Program-made: the position numbers and the translations under genes
The notes under the pieces: model-generated
What the model saw: only the letters and a program-made list of their open reading frames with translations
Database searches by the model: none
Told to the model about the DNA's origin: nothing
Assembly: GCA_963666205.1 (NCBI GenBank)
Contig: OY762654.1
Location: 64,001-128,000, forward strand
Source of the DNA: Synergistales bacterium
Lineage (GTDB): Bacteria; Synergistota; Synergistia; Synergistales; JAFGMB01
DNA length: 64,000 nt
Direction of reading: 5' to 3'
Shown: piece after piece, positions 20,612 to 31,100 of the stretch
Position numbering within the stretch: position 1 is the first letter of the stretch
Layout: every line of letters starts with the position of its first letter

Positions 20612-20830
20612 CTACTTTCCAAAATGATCTGTTCCAGGAAAGGGGACTTCCTCTCCTGTAGCGCTAAGAATGGTAACCTTCTGCTCAGTTTCCTTCAGGA
20701 AAGATTGACATTCTCTTATCAGTGCTATCCCCTCTTCAAACAGAAGTAATGATTCCTCAAGAGGAAGTTGCTCTTTTTCAAGGCGTTTTACAATTGAATC
20801 GATTTTATCCATTTTTTCTCTGAATAGCAT
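20612..20830 (-). CDS. xseB: Exodeoxyribonuclease VII small subunit
   Basis: IVKRLE...LEESLLLFEEG...CQ..L...EQKV; upstream of ispA. Confidence 0.92.
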   Translation of the reverse strand: MLFREKMDKIDSIVKRLEKEQLPLEESLLLFEEGIALIRECQSFLKETEQKVTILSATGEEVPFPGTDHFGK

Positions 20831-20859
20831 GGCTATCCTCCAGGAGTTAAAGAATGTAT

Positions 20860-20889
20860 TTGCATTTTTATGTTACCCTGTGCTAAAAT
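20860..20889 (+). promoter_or_regulatory. Putative sigma70 promoter of rpmB
   Basis: TTGCAT-18 bp-TAAAAT with an extended TGn. Confidence 0.45.
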
Positions 20890-20936
20890 CCCATAGCTGA
20901 GCTTTCATTTTCACGGACAAGGAGGCGAACTCAGTA

Positions 20937-21131
20937 ATGGCTAAAGTCTGCGATTCCTGTGGGAGAGGTCCCACAACAGGAAACAATGTAAGCCACTCGA
21001 ACCGCCATACAAGAAGGTGTTGGAATGTGAACCTTCAGGAAGTTAAAGTTGATGTTGGTGGCGGAGAAACCAGACGGATGAAGATATGTACCAAGTGCCT
21101 CAGATCTGGTAGGGTTAAACGGGCTGTGTAA
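20937..21131 (+). CDS. rpmB: 50S ribosomal protein L28 (Zn-binding form)
   Basis: MAKVCDSCG...GNNVSHS..HTRR...NLQ...CTKCLRS; AAGGAGG SD. Confidence 0.97.
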   Translation: MAKVCDSCGRGPTTGNNVSHSNRHTRRCWNVNLQEVKVDVGGGETRRMKICTKCLRSGRVKRAV

Positions 21132-21146
21132 TACAGCCCGTTTTTT
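21117..21146 (+). terminator. Terminator overlapping the rpmB stop (convergent with thiN)
   Basis: aaacgggctgt-gtaat-acagcccgttt followed by further T residues. Confidence 0.7.
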
Positions 21147-21900
21147 AGTCCCATTCAAGATATAGACCAAGCCAGCCATGATCAAATCCAAGGGTGATGT
21201 GTTCATGATTCCGACTCTCTATCCTGTTGCTTATGGCCCAGGGTTCGTCGATACTGAGGGATGAATTCTCTAATTCCCAGTATGTTCCGTTAAGATTGAT
21301 TCCGGTACATATTTCAGAAAGGGAGATCAGGGAAAGAACGTCCGGTTCCTCTCTAAAAGTGATTTCTATGGACTTACTACCCTCAAGGATTAACAAAACT
21401 TCCTTTTCGTCAGCAAGGCAACAGATTCCTGAACCTCTTTTACTGTATCCGAGACAGGAAAAAACGTTACTATGTGTGTGGTCGAACCTTCCTCCCCAAC
21501 AGCCTGTTACAATTACAGTAGATCCAGGCTCATCATATTCAATTCGTTTAAGGATCAACTGTAAATCTGTAAGATCCTTGTTTACAGGATATTTTTCAAG
21601 ATTAACATTATTTTTCGCTGCCCAGATTAAGCTTTCTGAATGCACACTGTCAAAATCCCCTAAAGCAATCACAGGAACAATACCTGTCTGACAACATATA
21701 TTCAGACCGGAATCGGCTGTCCAGATGGGAAAGAGTCGTGCAAAATCTGATAACCACTGTGGAGAAGGTGCTCTACCACCAGCCACAATGCCGATCCCAG
21801 GGACGTTAATAGGGACATTAAATATGAAAGATGCCTGTGGTAAGCTTAGTATGTGCTGTACGCCTCCATTCTCAACCGATACTTTGTTCAAATAGTTCAT
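21145..21900 (-). CDS. thiN: Thiamine diphosphokinase
   Basis: ADSG, GDFDS, KDLTDL and GGRFDH..SN motifs; start uncertain. Confidence 0.88.
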   Translation of the reverse strand: MNYLNKVSVENGGVQHILSLPQASFIFNVPINVPGIGIVAGGRAPSPQWLSDFARLFPIWTADSGLNICCQTGIVPVIALGDFDSVHSESLIWAAKNNVNLEKYPVNKDLTDLQLILKRIEYDEPGSTVIVTGCWGGRFDHTHSNVFSCLGYSKRGSGICCLADEKEVLLILEGSKSIEITFREEPDVLSLISLSEICTGINLNGTYWELENSSLSIDEPWAISNRIESRNHEHITLGFDHGWLGLYLEWD

Positions 21901-24211
21901 TTGCCTGATCTTCGTCAACAAGGATCTCTCTTGGTTTTGATCCTTCCTGTGGTCCTACTATGCCTATCTGCTCGAGCGTGTCTATAATTCTGGCGGCCCT
22001 GGTAAATCCGATTCTCAGCTGTCTCTGTAACCTGCTTGCGGATGCAATTCCAGTTCCCAGAATTATGCTGACCGCTTCTTCAATTAGTGGGTCATCAAGG
22101 TATGCCGTATCCCTTTCAGTATTTGATGACTCACCCTGATCTTCCAAGTCCACATATTCAGGTTCTCCAAACAGGTCTTTCATGTAGTTGATAAAATTTA
22201 TGCTTTGGGTCTCATCCATGTAAGGAGATTGTACTCTGACTGGACGTGGGTACTTGGAACTCACGAAAAGCATATCTCCCTTGCCGAGAAGTTTTTCAGC
22301 TCCCCCGAGGTCAATAATAGTTCTAGAGTCAGCTTGTGATGGTAAAGTAAAAGCTACCCTTGCCGGAATATTTGCTTTGATCAATCCAGTAACTACGTTA
22401 ACTGATGGACGCTGAGTGGCCAGAATGAGATGTATGCCTGTTGCTCTTGCCATTTGAGCCAGTCTGCATATAAAATCTTCAACCTCTTTCTGTGCAGTGA
22501 ACATAAGATCTGCCAATTCATCGACAATTATGACAATCCGGGGAAGTTTGTCTTTAGGGAGGACCTTTGAATTATAGGAAGCCAGATTCCTTACCCTGCT
22601 TCTGGCAAAGACCTCGTAGCGATGCTCCATTTCTCTGACTGCCCAGCCAAGGGCATGAACTGCTTTTTTAGGACTTACAACCGGTTTGCATAGAACGTGC
22701 GGTAGATGTTCATAAATATTAAGCTCTACTCTTTTAGGATCGATCATAAGAAGTCTCAGTTCCTCAGGTGTTCTCTGGCAGCAAAGCCCTGTAATACAGC
22801 TTGTTACAAATACACTCTTTCCAGATCCTGTTGTTCCGGCGACAAGAAGGTGAGGAAGGTCTTCAAGATTAATAAGTAGAGGGTTTGAATTTACTCTTAA
22901 CCCAGCAGGTAGGGGAAGTTGAAAGTGTGTATCCTTAAATTCCTGGGTTTCAAGAATTGATCTAATTGTTACAGATCGTCTGTGAGGTGCAGGTATCTCT
23001 ATACCCACGTAAGGTTTGAATGGAATGGGAGCCTCTACTCTCAATGCTGGTACGGCAAGAGAAACGGCAAGATCATTGCTCAAGCCTGCTACTCTACTGA
23101 CTTTAATACCAGGTGCCAACTGTAATTGAAACTGGATAACAGTGGGCCCAACGACTATTTCGGCTAATTCTGCCTGAATACCAAAATCATTCAGGGTCGA
23201 TATTACCTGCTGTCCCTGTTCTTCGATAATAGATCTGTCCACGTCCTGGTCATTAATCTGGGAAGGACCGAATAAATCAAGAGGGGGTGGAAATATACCT
23301 TTTTTGATTTTCAGTTGAAAACCATTAGTGGCAGTCTTTTCAGGGTCCTCTTCTTCCAGAAAATAGCCATCCTGATCTGTTCCAGTTTGATTAACAGGAT
23401 CATTAATGTTATCCATTCTGCCTGCTGGAGTAATTCTCTCTGGTTTAGGATCATCATCCATAATTAAAGGAGTAACATCGGAACTCTTAAGAAAGGACTC
23501 TTTCCTTTCCGGAATCATACTTTCAGGATCCTTGAGGTGAGAACTTTCTGCTTCATCAATCTCAGATCCTCCCTTTTCCGTTCCAGGCTTATTGGATACA
23601 GATCTTAAGAATGATTTAAGTGACTTACCCATATCTTTCATTCGAGAGAATATTACAAGTGTTTTATCAATCAGCAGGTTTACATGTACAAATCCGTAGA
23701 GAATCGATGAAAAAAGGGCCATCAGTAAACCTGTAAGCACAGCCCCAAGAGCTCCTGTCTTTGTGTACAGTATTGTTGCTATATAGGTTCCCATTTTACC
23801 TGGATACATAATGTCGAAAGGAAAAGTAGTGCCGGAAATACTGAAAAGTCCCAATACATGGCTGCAGCAGAAAAAAAGAGCTATTGTTCCTGCTAATTGC
23901 CTTATAAAGGAAGGAACTCTTTTTCTTAAGAGAAAACTGATTGACATATACCCGATATATAATAGGGGTATCAAGATCGCTCCACCGAAGTTGTCAACCA
24001 GATAATACTTGATAATCTTTCCCCATGTGCCAGTCGATAGAGAAAAGATAGATGCTGTAATGTAAGTCGCGATAAGAAGAACAATGAATACGCCAAGTTG
24101 TAGCCATGTCAAAAAGGTGTTTGATATAACTTCTAAAGATAAACGTTTTATTTTTTTATTGGAGGAAGTATTGTCTTTCCTTCCTCCATCTTCCCGGTTA
24201 AATAACTTCAT
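21872..24211 (-). CDS. ftsK: DNA translocase FtsK/SpoIIIE
   Basis: N-terminal TMs; PHLLVAGTTGSGKS, DELADLM and ATQRPS; gamma domain LQRQLRIGFTRAAR. Confidence 0.96.
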   Translation of the reverse strand: MKLFNREDGGRKDNTSSNKKIKRLSLEVISNTFLTWLQLGVFIVLLIATYITASIFSLSTGTWGKIIKYYLVDNFGGAILIPLLYIGYMSISFLLRKRVPSFIRQLAGTIALFFCCSHVLGLFSISGTTFPFDIMYPGKMGTYIATILYTKTGALGAVLTGLLMALFSSILYGFVHVNLLIDKTLVIFSRMKDMGKSLKSFLRSVSNKPGTEKGGSEIDEAESSHLKDPESMIPERKESFLKSSDVTPLIMDDDPKPERITPAGRMDNINDPVNQTGTDQDGYFLEEEDPEKTATNGFQLKIKKGIFPPPLDLFGPSQINDQDVDRSIIEEQGQQVISTLNDFGIQAELAEIVVGPTVIQFQLQLAPGIKVSRVAGLSNDLAVSLAVPALRVEAPIPFKPYVGIEIPAPHRRSVTIRSILETQEFKDTHFQLPLPAGLRVNSNPLLINLEDLPHLLVAGTTGSGKSVFVTSCITGLCCQRTPEELRLLMIDPKRVELNIYEHLPHVLCKPVVSPKKAVHALGWAVREMEHRYEVFARSRVRNLASYNSKVLPKDKLPRIVIIVDELADLMFTAQKEVEDFICRLAQMARATGIHLILATQRPSVNVVTGLIKANIPARVAFTLPSQADSRTIIDLGGAEKLLGKGDMLFVSSKYPRPVRVQSPYMDETQSINFINYMKDLFGEPEYVDLEDQGESSNTERDTAYLDDPLIEEAVSIILGTGIASASRLQRQLRIGFTRAARIIDTLEQIGIVGPQEGSKPREILVDEDQANELFEQSIG

Positions 24212-25583
24212 GACCAGTCTCTTTGCCTCCGACAATCATATTTTTAATGTAAAGGGTGGGTTGCCCATCCGTAACAGGAACACTCTGGCCTGATTTGCCG
24301 CAGATGCCTGGCATGAATGATAAATCATTACCCACCTCTATTATATCCTCTAATACCTGTGGCCCATTTCCCGTAAGAATAGCCCCCCTGACGGGCGTTG
24401 TAATTATGCCATTTTCTATTAGATATCCTTCTGTAACCTGAAAGACAAAATCACCAGAAGTAGGATTGACCTCCCCCCCTCCCATTTTTTTAACAAGAAG
24501 CCCCTTTGAAACTCTACGGACCATATTTTCCGGTGATGAATTCCCTGGGAGAATAAAGGTGTTTGTCATTCTTGGAAGTGGAATATTTCTGTAAGAACTT
24601 CTTCTTGCATTTCCTGATAGGGGTAAATTACCCTTCCTGGATGAGAAATAATCGGTAAGGACATTTCTAAGAATGCCCTTTTCAATAAGTACAGTTCGTT
24701 GTGAAGGCGTACCTTCATCGTCCACATTCAGGGAACCATAGTAGCCATCAAGAGTTCCATCATCTAAGAGTGTGATATGTTCACTGGCAACTTTTGTTCC
24801 CAGTTTTTCTCTGTAAACGGAAAAATCTTTTTGTATTATATCGGCTTCCAGACCATGTCCACATGCTTCATGGATCATTGTTCCTCCGGCTTCGCCAGAT
24901 AGTATAACGGGCATTTCACCTGCGGGACATTCTGGCGCATCAATCATAAGTAAAGCTCTATTTAGTGCCATTACTGCAGCCTGGCGTGGATCTATCTTCT
25001 CCTGGAATTTTCTTAATGGCAGAGATAAAGCCCTGCTTTCCAGACCCGTCTGGATATTGCTTCCCTTCTGGACTATTACCTGAACAATGAATGTACTGTA
25101 AAATCTTTGATCCTCAACTATATCTCCGTTATCTTTAAGCATCAGAATCTTTTTACGTGAACAATCATGTCTCATTGAAATCTGTGTCACAAGTTCAGAG
25201 TAGTCACGTATGTAGCGGTCGATTCCATGCATAAAACTGTAATCAGGTGATTCGAGTTTTTCAGGATCGTCCAGGATCTGATCTGTTTCATAGGTAAGCG
25301 GAAAATAATTCAGAGTGTCTATACAAGCACTGTTAGTTGCCTGTAAAAGACACTGAACAGCAGAAGAGAAACTGGTCGAAGGAGCATGTGCATAAGTCGT
25401 GGTATCTGAAGAAATGATCCGGGCTCCAACTCCCCTTGATGAGGAAGAACTGACCTCCTCGATCTTTCCATCTTCATAATGGGCGTTATGACCAGATGAC
25501 GTTTCGAAATAAAAATCATGAAAGACCTCTTCGTTTTGAAAAAGTCTATCAGCGAGGGTGGATAAAGAACTACATTTATTCAT
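24198..25583 (-). CDS. tldD: TldD-family metalloprotease
   Basis: HEACGHGLEAD, DDEG, PRMTNT and CGKSGQSVPV.DGQP. Confidence 0.92.
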   Translation of the reverse strand: MNKCSSLSTLADRLFQNEEVFHDFYFETSSGHNAHYEDGKIEEVSSSSSRGVGARIISSDTTTYAHAPSTSFSSAVQCLLQATNSACIDTLNYFPLTYETDQILDDPEKLESPDYSFMHGIDRYIRDYSELVTQISMRHDCSRKKILMLKDNGDIVEDQRFYSTFIVQVIVQKGSNIQTGLESRALSLPLRKFQEKIDPRQAAVMALNRALLMIDAPECPAGEMPVILSGEAGGTMIHEACGHGLEADIIQKDFSVYREKLGTKVASEHITLLDDGTLDGYYGSLNVDDEGTPSQRTVLIEKGILRNVLTDYFSSRKGNLPLSGNARRSSYRNIPLPRMTNTFILPGNSSPENMVRRVSKGLLVKKMGGGEVNPTSGDFVFQVTEGYLIENGIITTPVRGAILTGNGPQVLEDIIEVGNDLSFMPGICGKSGQSVPVTDGQPTLYIKNMIVGGKETGHEVI

Positions 25584-25638
25584 TCAGTCACTTCCTATCT
25601 TCAATGAAAAGGGAACAGACGTAAGAAATTCACATGGA

Positions 25639-25890
25639 TTATTCAAGTGTTTCATCCAGAATTCTGAGGTCAGTGCCTTCTTCTGAAACAGAATCGATAA
25701 CTTCCCTCATTATATCCTCATTTCCCAGGGTCGAGTAGACAGAGACAAGGCCCTTGACCGGATCATCTGTAGTGAGAAAACCTATTCCTTCATAGGCATT
25801 TATAGTCCAGCTCAGATAACAAATATCAAGAGGATGCATAGAAATATGGAAACGATACATCCTGGCTTTTAAAGATCTTGTGCTGTTCAA
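25639..25890 (-). CDS. Small conserved protein (DUF4911-like)
   Basis: DICYLSWTINAYEGIGFLTT.D pattern; in operon between mltG and tldD. Confidence 0.65.
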   Translation of the reverse strand: MNSTRSLKARMYRFHISMHPLDICYLSWTINAYEGIGFLTTDDPVKGLVSVYSTLGNEDIMREVIDSVSEEGTDLRILDETLE

Positions 25891-25894
25891 TATT

Positions 25895-26917
25895 CTATTT
25901 ACCTTTCTTGATCTGTTTTATTGCGTTCAGATGTTTATTATAGTTAGTTGAAAAGATATGTTGACCGTCTTTCCCTGCAACATAATACAGATAGTTGTTT
26001 TTCTCCGGATTCAGTGAAGCCTTCCATGAAGAAAAGGAGGGTATGCATATTGGGTCGGGAGGAAGGCCCTTGTGTTTATAGGTATTGAATGGAGAGTCGA
26101 TTTCAAGGTCTTTAAAAAGAACTCTTTTCAGAACTGTTCCTGTCTGTTTCCATGCATAAATTACAGTCGCATCGATTTGTAAGGGCATGCCTCTATCCAG
26201 TCTGTTATAGATTACACCGGAAATTACTGGACGTTCTTTATCGATTCTTGCTTCTTTTTCAATCAAAGATGCTATTATACATAACTTCAACAATGTATTA
26301 CTGGAGTTATCAGAAGGTTTCAATAAAGTTCCGACTTTATCCCACCACATTGAAGATGCTTGTCTTATGATATATTCGGGATCTTCTGCAGGCAAAATAT
26401 AGGTTTCAGGTAAAAGGAAAGTTATTCTCCCATCTAGTGTTTCCGGTAGCAATGGGTGAAGTTCTTCCGGGTAATTATCATTGTTCATAATAGCCATGTG
26501 AATTTCTGAGGCTGATACCGAGCCACCAAAGATCCGTTCCAGATCGGACAGTTCTTTTCCTGGAATAATTGTAAATTTGAAATAAGAGGGTTCTGAAACC
26601 AGAAGTTGTCTTGCTAATTCCCATGGAGTTCCCTTTCTAAGTGTATAGGTTCCAGGGATGAGCTTCCGGTCTATGCCAAAGTGTACCATCCATCTGGTTA
26701 ATTCATATGGGTCATCAACAATACCCTGTATTCTGAAGGACCTCGCTATTTCCATTGCGTTTTTATCAGGTTCTATGACGATTTGAACCTCTGGGCCTGA
26801 GCCGGGAGGAAAACAATTATTCCAAAACTGGACAGGTATTGACACGAGGAAAATAAAATATATAACAGCGATTGCAAAATTAAGCAGTTCCAGTATTCTT
26901 CTTAACATTATCGACAC
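25895..26917 (-). CDS. mltG: Endolytic transglycosylase MltG
   Basis: N-terminal TM; ASLIEKE, NRL...MPLQIDAT and SPFNTY...GLPP.PI. Confidence 0.93.
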   Translation of the reverse strand: MSIMLRRILELLNFAIAVIYFIFLVSIPVQFWNNCFPPGSGPEVQIVIEPDKNAMEIARSFRIQGIVDDPYELTRWMVHFGIDRKLIPGTYTLRKGTPWELARQLLVSEPSYFKFTIIPGKELSDLERIFGGSVSASEIHMAIMNNDNYPEELHPLLPETLDGRITFLLPETYILPAEDPEYIIRQASSMWWDKVGTLLKPSDNSSNTLLKLCIIASLIEKEARIDKERPVISGVIYNRLDRGMPLQIDATVIYAWKQTGTVLKRVLFKDLEIDSPFNTYKHKGLPPDPICIPSFSSWKASLNPEKNNYLYYVAGKDGQHIFSTNYNKHLNAIKQIKKGK

Positions 26918-26971
26918 TCCATCTGGATATTCTGTAATATCACTTGTCTGTATTCTGGTTCATCCTGTACG

Positions 26972-27009
26972 AAAAAAGAAACCTTGAAAGCGATGCCACC
27001 TTCAAGGTT
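26972..27009 (-). terminator. Intrinsic terminator after hutH
   Basis: aaccttgaa...ttcaaggtt stem followed by tctttttt on the minus strand. Confidence 0.6.
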
Positions 27010-27038
27010 GTAACATTGATATAGCCTGAACGAATAAA

Positions 27039-28571
27039 TTAAAAAAGATTTCCAACGACATCCTCTACACTGGAAATAATCTGGGTATTCTCTAGCAGTC
27101 TTATGGCACTCTGAATAAAAGGATGAAGATATTCATCCTTTTCGAGAAAAGGAATGCTTTCCCGGATTTTCCGGTAAGCAGCTTCTGTTCCATCTCCAGC
27201 TCTTAAAGGTTTTGAGAATTCCAGCGCCTGGGATGAAGTAAACAACTCAATAGCGATTACTTTTCTGACATTATTCAATATTAAGGAGGCTTTTCTGGAG
27301 CTAAAAGCTCCCATGGAAACATGATCTTCCTGATTTGCTGAGGTGGGTATTGAGTCCACTGACGATGGATGAGCAAGGACTTTGTTTTCAGACACCAGGG
27401 CTGCGGCCGTGTATTGAGGTATCATAAACCCGCTGTTGAGTCCACTGTTTTTCACCAGAAAGGGAGGAAGGCCTGAGAGTTTACCATCAACGAGTCTGGC
27501 TACCCTTCGCTCTGATATATTTGCAAGTTCCGCGAGGGCTATCCCCATAAAATCCATATTTATAGCTATTGGCTGTCCATGGAAATTCCCGCCACTGATA
27601 GCTTCCATGTCTGAAGGAAAGATAAGAGGATTATCTGTTACTGAATTTATTTCGATCTGGAGTTTTCCTTTTACATAATCCAGTGCATCCCGGCTGGCTC
27701 CGTGAACCTGCGGAATGCATCTTAATGAATATGCATCCTGTACTCTCTGATGCTTAAATTGTTCGATTATTTCACTATTAACGATAAGTTTCCGGATATT
27801 AGAGGCAACCCTTCTTTGCCCGAGATACGGCCGTAATTCATGGGTCCTCTGGTCAAAGGCGTATGGGACTCCATGAAGTGCTTCCAGGGAAAGAGCTCCG
27901 GCAATGTCTGCTGCCTTTGTTAGCTGGATCGCATCAGCAAGAGCGAGGGCACCAACAGCTGTCATGGCAGCTGTTCCATTATTCAAGGCAAGTCCTTCCT
28001 TGGGCCCGAGCGACACAGGCTGAAGTCCCTTCAGTTTCATTGCCTCGAAGGCAGGCATTCTTTTCCCACACAAAGTGACTTCACCCAGACCAAGCAAAGT
28101 GATTCCAAGATGAGAAAGAGGACAGAGGTCTCCACTTGCACCTACTGAACCCTGCTCAGGAATTACTGGATGAATTCCCATGTTCAGAAAGTTAACGATC
28201 TGTGCTACTGGAGCGAGACTGATTCCGGAGAAACCCCGGATCAGGCTATTAACTCTGAGAAGCATTATGGCTCTAACAATATCTTCTGAAAAGGCTGGGC
28301 CAACGCCACAGGCATGGCTTTTGAGAAGGTTTTCCTGTAGGATCTTACTGTTTTCGGGCGATATTACAACTGAAGCAAGGTCTCCAAATCCAGTGTTGAC
28401 TCCGTAAATAACTTTGTCCGATTCTGCCCATTTACGAACTATTCCCGCTCCTCTTTCAATAAAGGTTACAGCTGCAGGATCCAGAGAAACTTCATAGCCA
28501 TTTCTGGCAACGTTGATTACATCCTCAAGAGTGAGGGAATGTCCAGTTAATTCAATCTTTGGTGAAGTCAT
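27039..28571 (-). CDS. hutH: Histidine ammonia-lyase
   Basis: YGVNTGFG, LKSH (HAL specificity), MIO-forming ASG in GASGDL, QDAYSLRC and NQEDHVSM. Confidence 0.95.
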   Translation of the reverse strand: MTSPKIELTGHSLTLEDVINVARNGYEVSLDPAAVTFIERGAGIVRKWAESDKVIYGVNTGFGDLASVVISPENSKILQENLLKSHACGVGPAFSEDIVRAIMLLRVNSLIRGFSGISLAPVAQIVNFLNMGIHPVIPEQGSVGASGDLCPLSHLGITLLGLGEVTLCGKRMPAFEAMKLKGLQPVSLGPKEGLALNNGTAAMTAVGALALADAIQLTKAADIAGALSLEALHGVPYAFDQRTHELRPYLGQRRVASNIRKLIVNSEIIEQFKHQRVQDAYSLRCIPQVHGASRDALDYVKGKLQIEINSVTDNPLIFPSDMEAISGGNFHGQPIAINMDFMGIALAELANISERRVARLVDGKLSGLPPFLVKNSGLNSGFMIPQYTAAALVSENKVLAHPSSVDSIPTSANQEDHVSMGAFSSRKASLILNNVRKVIAIELFTSSQALEFSKPLRAGDGTEAAYRKIRESIPFLEKDEYLHPFIQSAIRLLENTQIISSVEDVVGNLF

Positions 28572-28621
28572 AACAGGGAACCTCCCAAGCATGGAGTACC
28601 TTTATGTTATGTCATAAAGGT

Positions 28622-29641
28622 TTATATTTCAATATAATTATCAGTACCACAATAAGGACATTTCCCGTTAGAATCCGTACGACAGAGGGATACTGAATAC
28701 CCGTTCCTCACTATAATCTCTCGCCCGCATCGTTTGCAGTATGTAACAGATTCCCCAGGAATATTTCCAACATAAACGAAATTAAGTTGACTTCGAGCTA
28801 TTTCTTCAAATTGTTCCATCAGGTTTAATGAAGTAGGTGCTTCATTCCAGAGATAGTTTGGGAAATACCGTGTTAAATGAAGAACTAGATCTTCAGATAT
28901 GGACTTAATCCATCTTACCATGGACTGAAAGGATTTTAGATCGTCGTTTATTCCAGGGACTATCAAATGGGTTATCTCCAGGTGTATTCCCTCCTCCACC
29001 AGAAGAAGAATTGATTCTTTTACAGTTTCCAGATTCCCATTCAGTTTCTTATAGGATTCTCCAGTAAAGGCCTTAAGGTCAATATTTGCAGCATCCAGGT
29101 AAGGTACAAGTAAAGTGAGGGGTTGTTTATTGATCAATCCATTTGATACGATAACAACATTCAGATTTGCATCCTTTATTTTGATGGCTGCATCCATTAG
29201 GAATTCAAAACCGACTAAAGGTTCATTATAAGTGAAGGCAACTGATTCCAGTCCGTGAGTTGTAGCCAGTTCAATGATCTGATCAATATTTCTGGAAAAG
29301 AGGTTCAGATTCTGTTCCCAAGTTGCTATAGGCCAGTTCTGGCAAAATGGACAAGTCATATTACATCCTACACTGCCAAGAGAGAGTATCTTGCTTCCCG
29401 GATGCCAGTGATATAGAGGTTTCTTTTCAACAGGATCAACGGAAATACTGGAAAAATGACCGTAACTCAGACTCAAAAGCCTCTTGCCGGGTACATGTTT
29501 CCTTACCTTACATAATCCTGTCCTACCTTCCGCAATGATGCAATAATGAGGACAAAGTAGACACTGTACATCATTTCCTGAAGAAGACCAGAACAGGGCA
29601 TCTTTTCCGATGTTAAATATATTTTCTGAGGTCGACATCAC
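28622..29641 (-). CDS. amrS: AmmeMemoRadiSam system radical SAM enzyme
   Basis: C..CPH.C.....G.C.VR, DPVEKKPLYH, CNMTCPFC (CxxxCxxC), FTYNEP and C-terminal CxxC pairs. Confidence 0.9.
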   Translation of the reverse strand: MMSTSENIFNIGKDALFWSSSGNDVQCLLCPHYCIIAEGRTGLCKVRKHVPGKRLLSLSYGHFSSISVDPVEKKPLYHWHPGSKILSLGSVGCNMTCPFCQNWPIATWEQNLNLFSRNIDQIIELATTHGLESVAFTYNEPLVGFEFLMDAAIKIKDANLNVVIVSNGLINKQPLTLLVPYLDAANIDLKAFTGESYKKLNGNLETVKESILLLVEEGIHLEITHLIVPGINDDLKSFQSMVRWIKSISEDLVLHLTRYFPNYLWNEAPTSLNLMEQFEEIARSQLNFVYVGNIPGESVTYCKRCGREIIVRNGYSVSLCRTDSNGKCPYCGTDNYIEI

Positions 29642-30975
29642 CTGTACTCCTTTTCAGAGTGACGCTCCACCGTAAAACGGTATATGGTTGAGTCTTTCAG
29701 GTCATGTATACCTGCTTTTGATGCAGCTATCGCGATCTGCTGTTCTATACTGGTAACTCCGTCAAGGTCTGGAAGAAGAACACCCCTGCGGTATTCTTTT
29801 TCAACTATAACCCCAAATTTCCTTACATCAAGATCTTCAATATTCTTAACTTCACAAGGTTCTGATAGAATGTCCACGGATACCAGTAGATCATCAAGTT
29901 CATCCAGGGAAACTGGAGGGAACCTGGGATCTCTGGTAGCAGCAGATATGGAATTTTCAACTATCTCCTCTGCAAGGGACTCCCTTAAGGGTGTTACCGT
30001 TCCTATACAACCTCTAAGTTGTCCTTCCCTGGTTTTAAGGGATACAAAACAGGCGTGGGGCTGCTTCCTCTGTTTTTTTTGCAAAATAATTGATTTAATG
30101 TTATCTTCACCTTTAAGATGGCAAATGATCGCTTGTTTTGCCAATTCTACAAAGGGATTCTTGTCTATGTTCTTTTCACTTCTGGAGTCTTCAGTTCTTG
30201 CAACACAATATCCAACCCCAAAAGGTCCTTCATATGATAGAACTTTAATCGTTTTCCCCGCAGCACATCCCATAAAAACCATTACGGAACGAAGGCCGCA
30301 TTCTCCAGCACCCTCTAGAATGCTTATATCGGCTTGAAGCAGATTTTCGGGTTCATTGGTTTTAAGACTTTCCACAACAAGGTCATCAAATATCTTTCCT
30401 TTTGGGTTAAATCCTGCTGGTGCATCTGATGTCAATCTGTGAGACAGGTCTCCACTTGCTATTAAAGCAAGCGATGCCCCCTTCTTTAGACTATTAAGTA
30501 TTCTACCGGTTTCGAGTGCCATTCGCGGAGTCAGGCCTATAGGATTGGCAATAATAATCTTCGGAAATTCTTTCCAGTATTTGCTAAAGAAGTAGAGAGG
30601 CACAAGGCTGGCATGATCAAGAGCCATGGTTGTATCTCTGTAGAAATGTACATCTATGTTGGCATCAATAAGGCTTTTAGTTATCCAGTCAGACTCATCT
30701 GGGGATCCTTTGAAAGCAAGCTTGACTTCCGGATGACCGAACATGGCAAGGCTCCCTGAATACTTATCTGCAATCAAAAAACATATACCCTTTGAATAAG
30801 CGCTATGGGGACTCAGAAGAAGAATTGTGTCCGGAACATGGTCCTGTAAAGATTGTGCAAGGGTTTCCATTGCTTCAACAGTTCTACTTGCTGATTGTTC
30901 TCTTCCCTGTCCAACTTCCGGGATTATGATAGGAGGGTGAGGGACCAGACATTCCCATTGCAACAAAATCAACAC
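29638..30975 (-). CDS. amrA: AmmeMemoRadiSam protein: LigB/MEMO-like domain fused to AMMECR1 domain
   Basis: PHPP, SPH, DH, SGDLSH, ECG and YEGPFGVGY, then LRGCIG, DPRF and GVLLP. Start trimmed from the ORF-track call. Confidence 0.9.
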   Translation of the reverse strand: MLILLQWECLVPHPPIIIPEVGQGREQSASRTVEAMETLAQSLQDHVPDTILLLSPHSAYSKGICFLIADKYSGSLAMFGHPEVKLAFKGSPDESDWITKSLIDANIDVHFYRDTTMALDHASLVPLYFFSKYWKEFPKIIIANPIGLTPRMALETGRILNSLKKGASLALIASGDLSHRLTSDAPAGFNPKGKIFDDLVVESLKTNEPENLLQADISILEGAGECGLRSVMVFMGCAAGKTIKVLSYEGPFGVGYCVARTEDSRSEKNIDKNPFVELAKQAIICHLKGEDNIKSIILQKKQRKQPHACFVSLKTREGQLRGCIGTVTPLRESLAEEIVENSISAATRDPRFPPVSLDELDDLLVSVDILSEPCEVKNIEDLDVRKFGVIVEKEYRRGVLLPDLDGVTSIEQQIAIAASKAGIHDLKDSTIYRFTVERHSEKEYR

Positions 30976-31100
30976 ATCCTTTCCCTTACCTGATGAAGCA
31001 GATAGAGTAAAAAAGATGTTCATTGAAATAAATATATTATACTTGTAGTATCTCTGAAAAAAAACCTTGGGAATATAGCTTATGTATGAATAGCAGATCC

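Noticed and set aside
24198-25583. TldD without an adjacent TldE/PmbA or RiPP precursor
   Set aside because: The partner is often encoded elsewhere, and no precursor peptide or YcaO gene is visible, so there is no support for a RiPP cluster.
29684-30337. 217-aa plus-strand ORF, and the many similar 60-180 aa antisense ORFs across the window
   Set aside because: Ser/Ile/Pro-rich shadows of conserved genes on the opposite strand.
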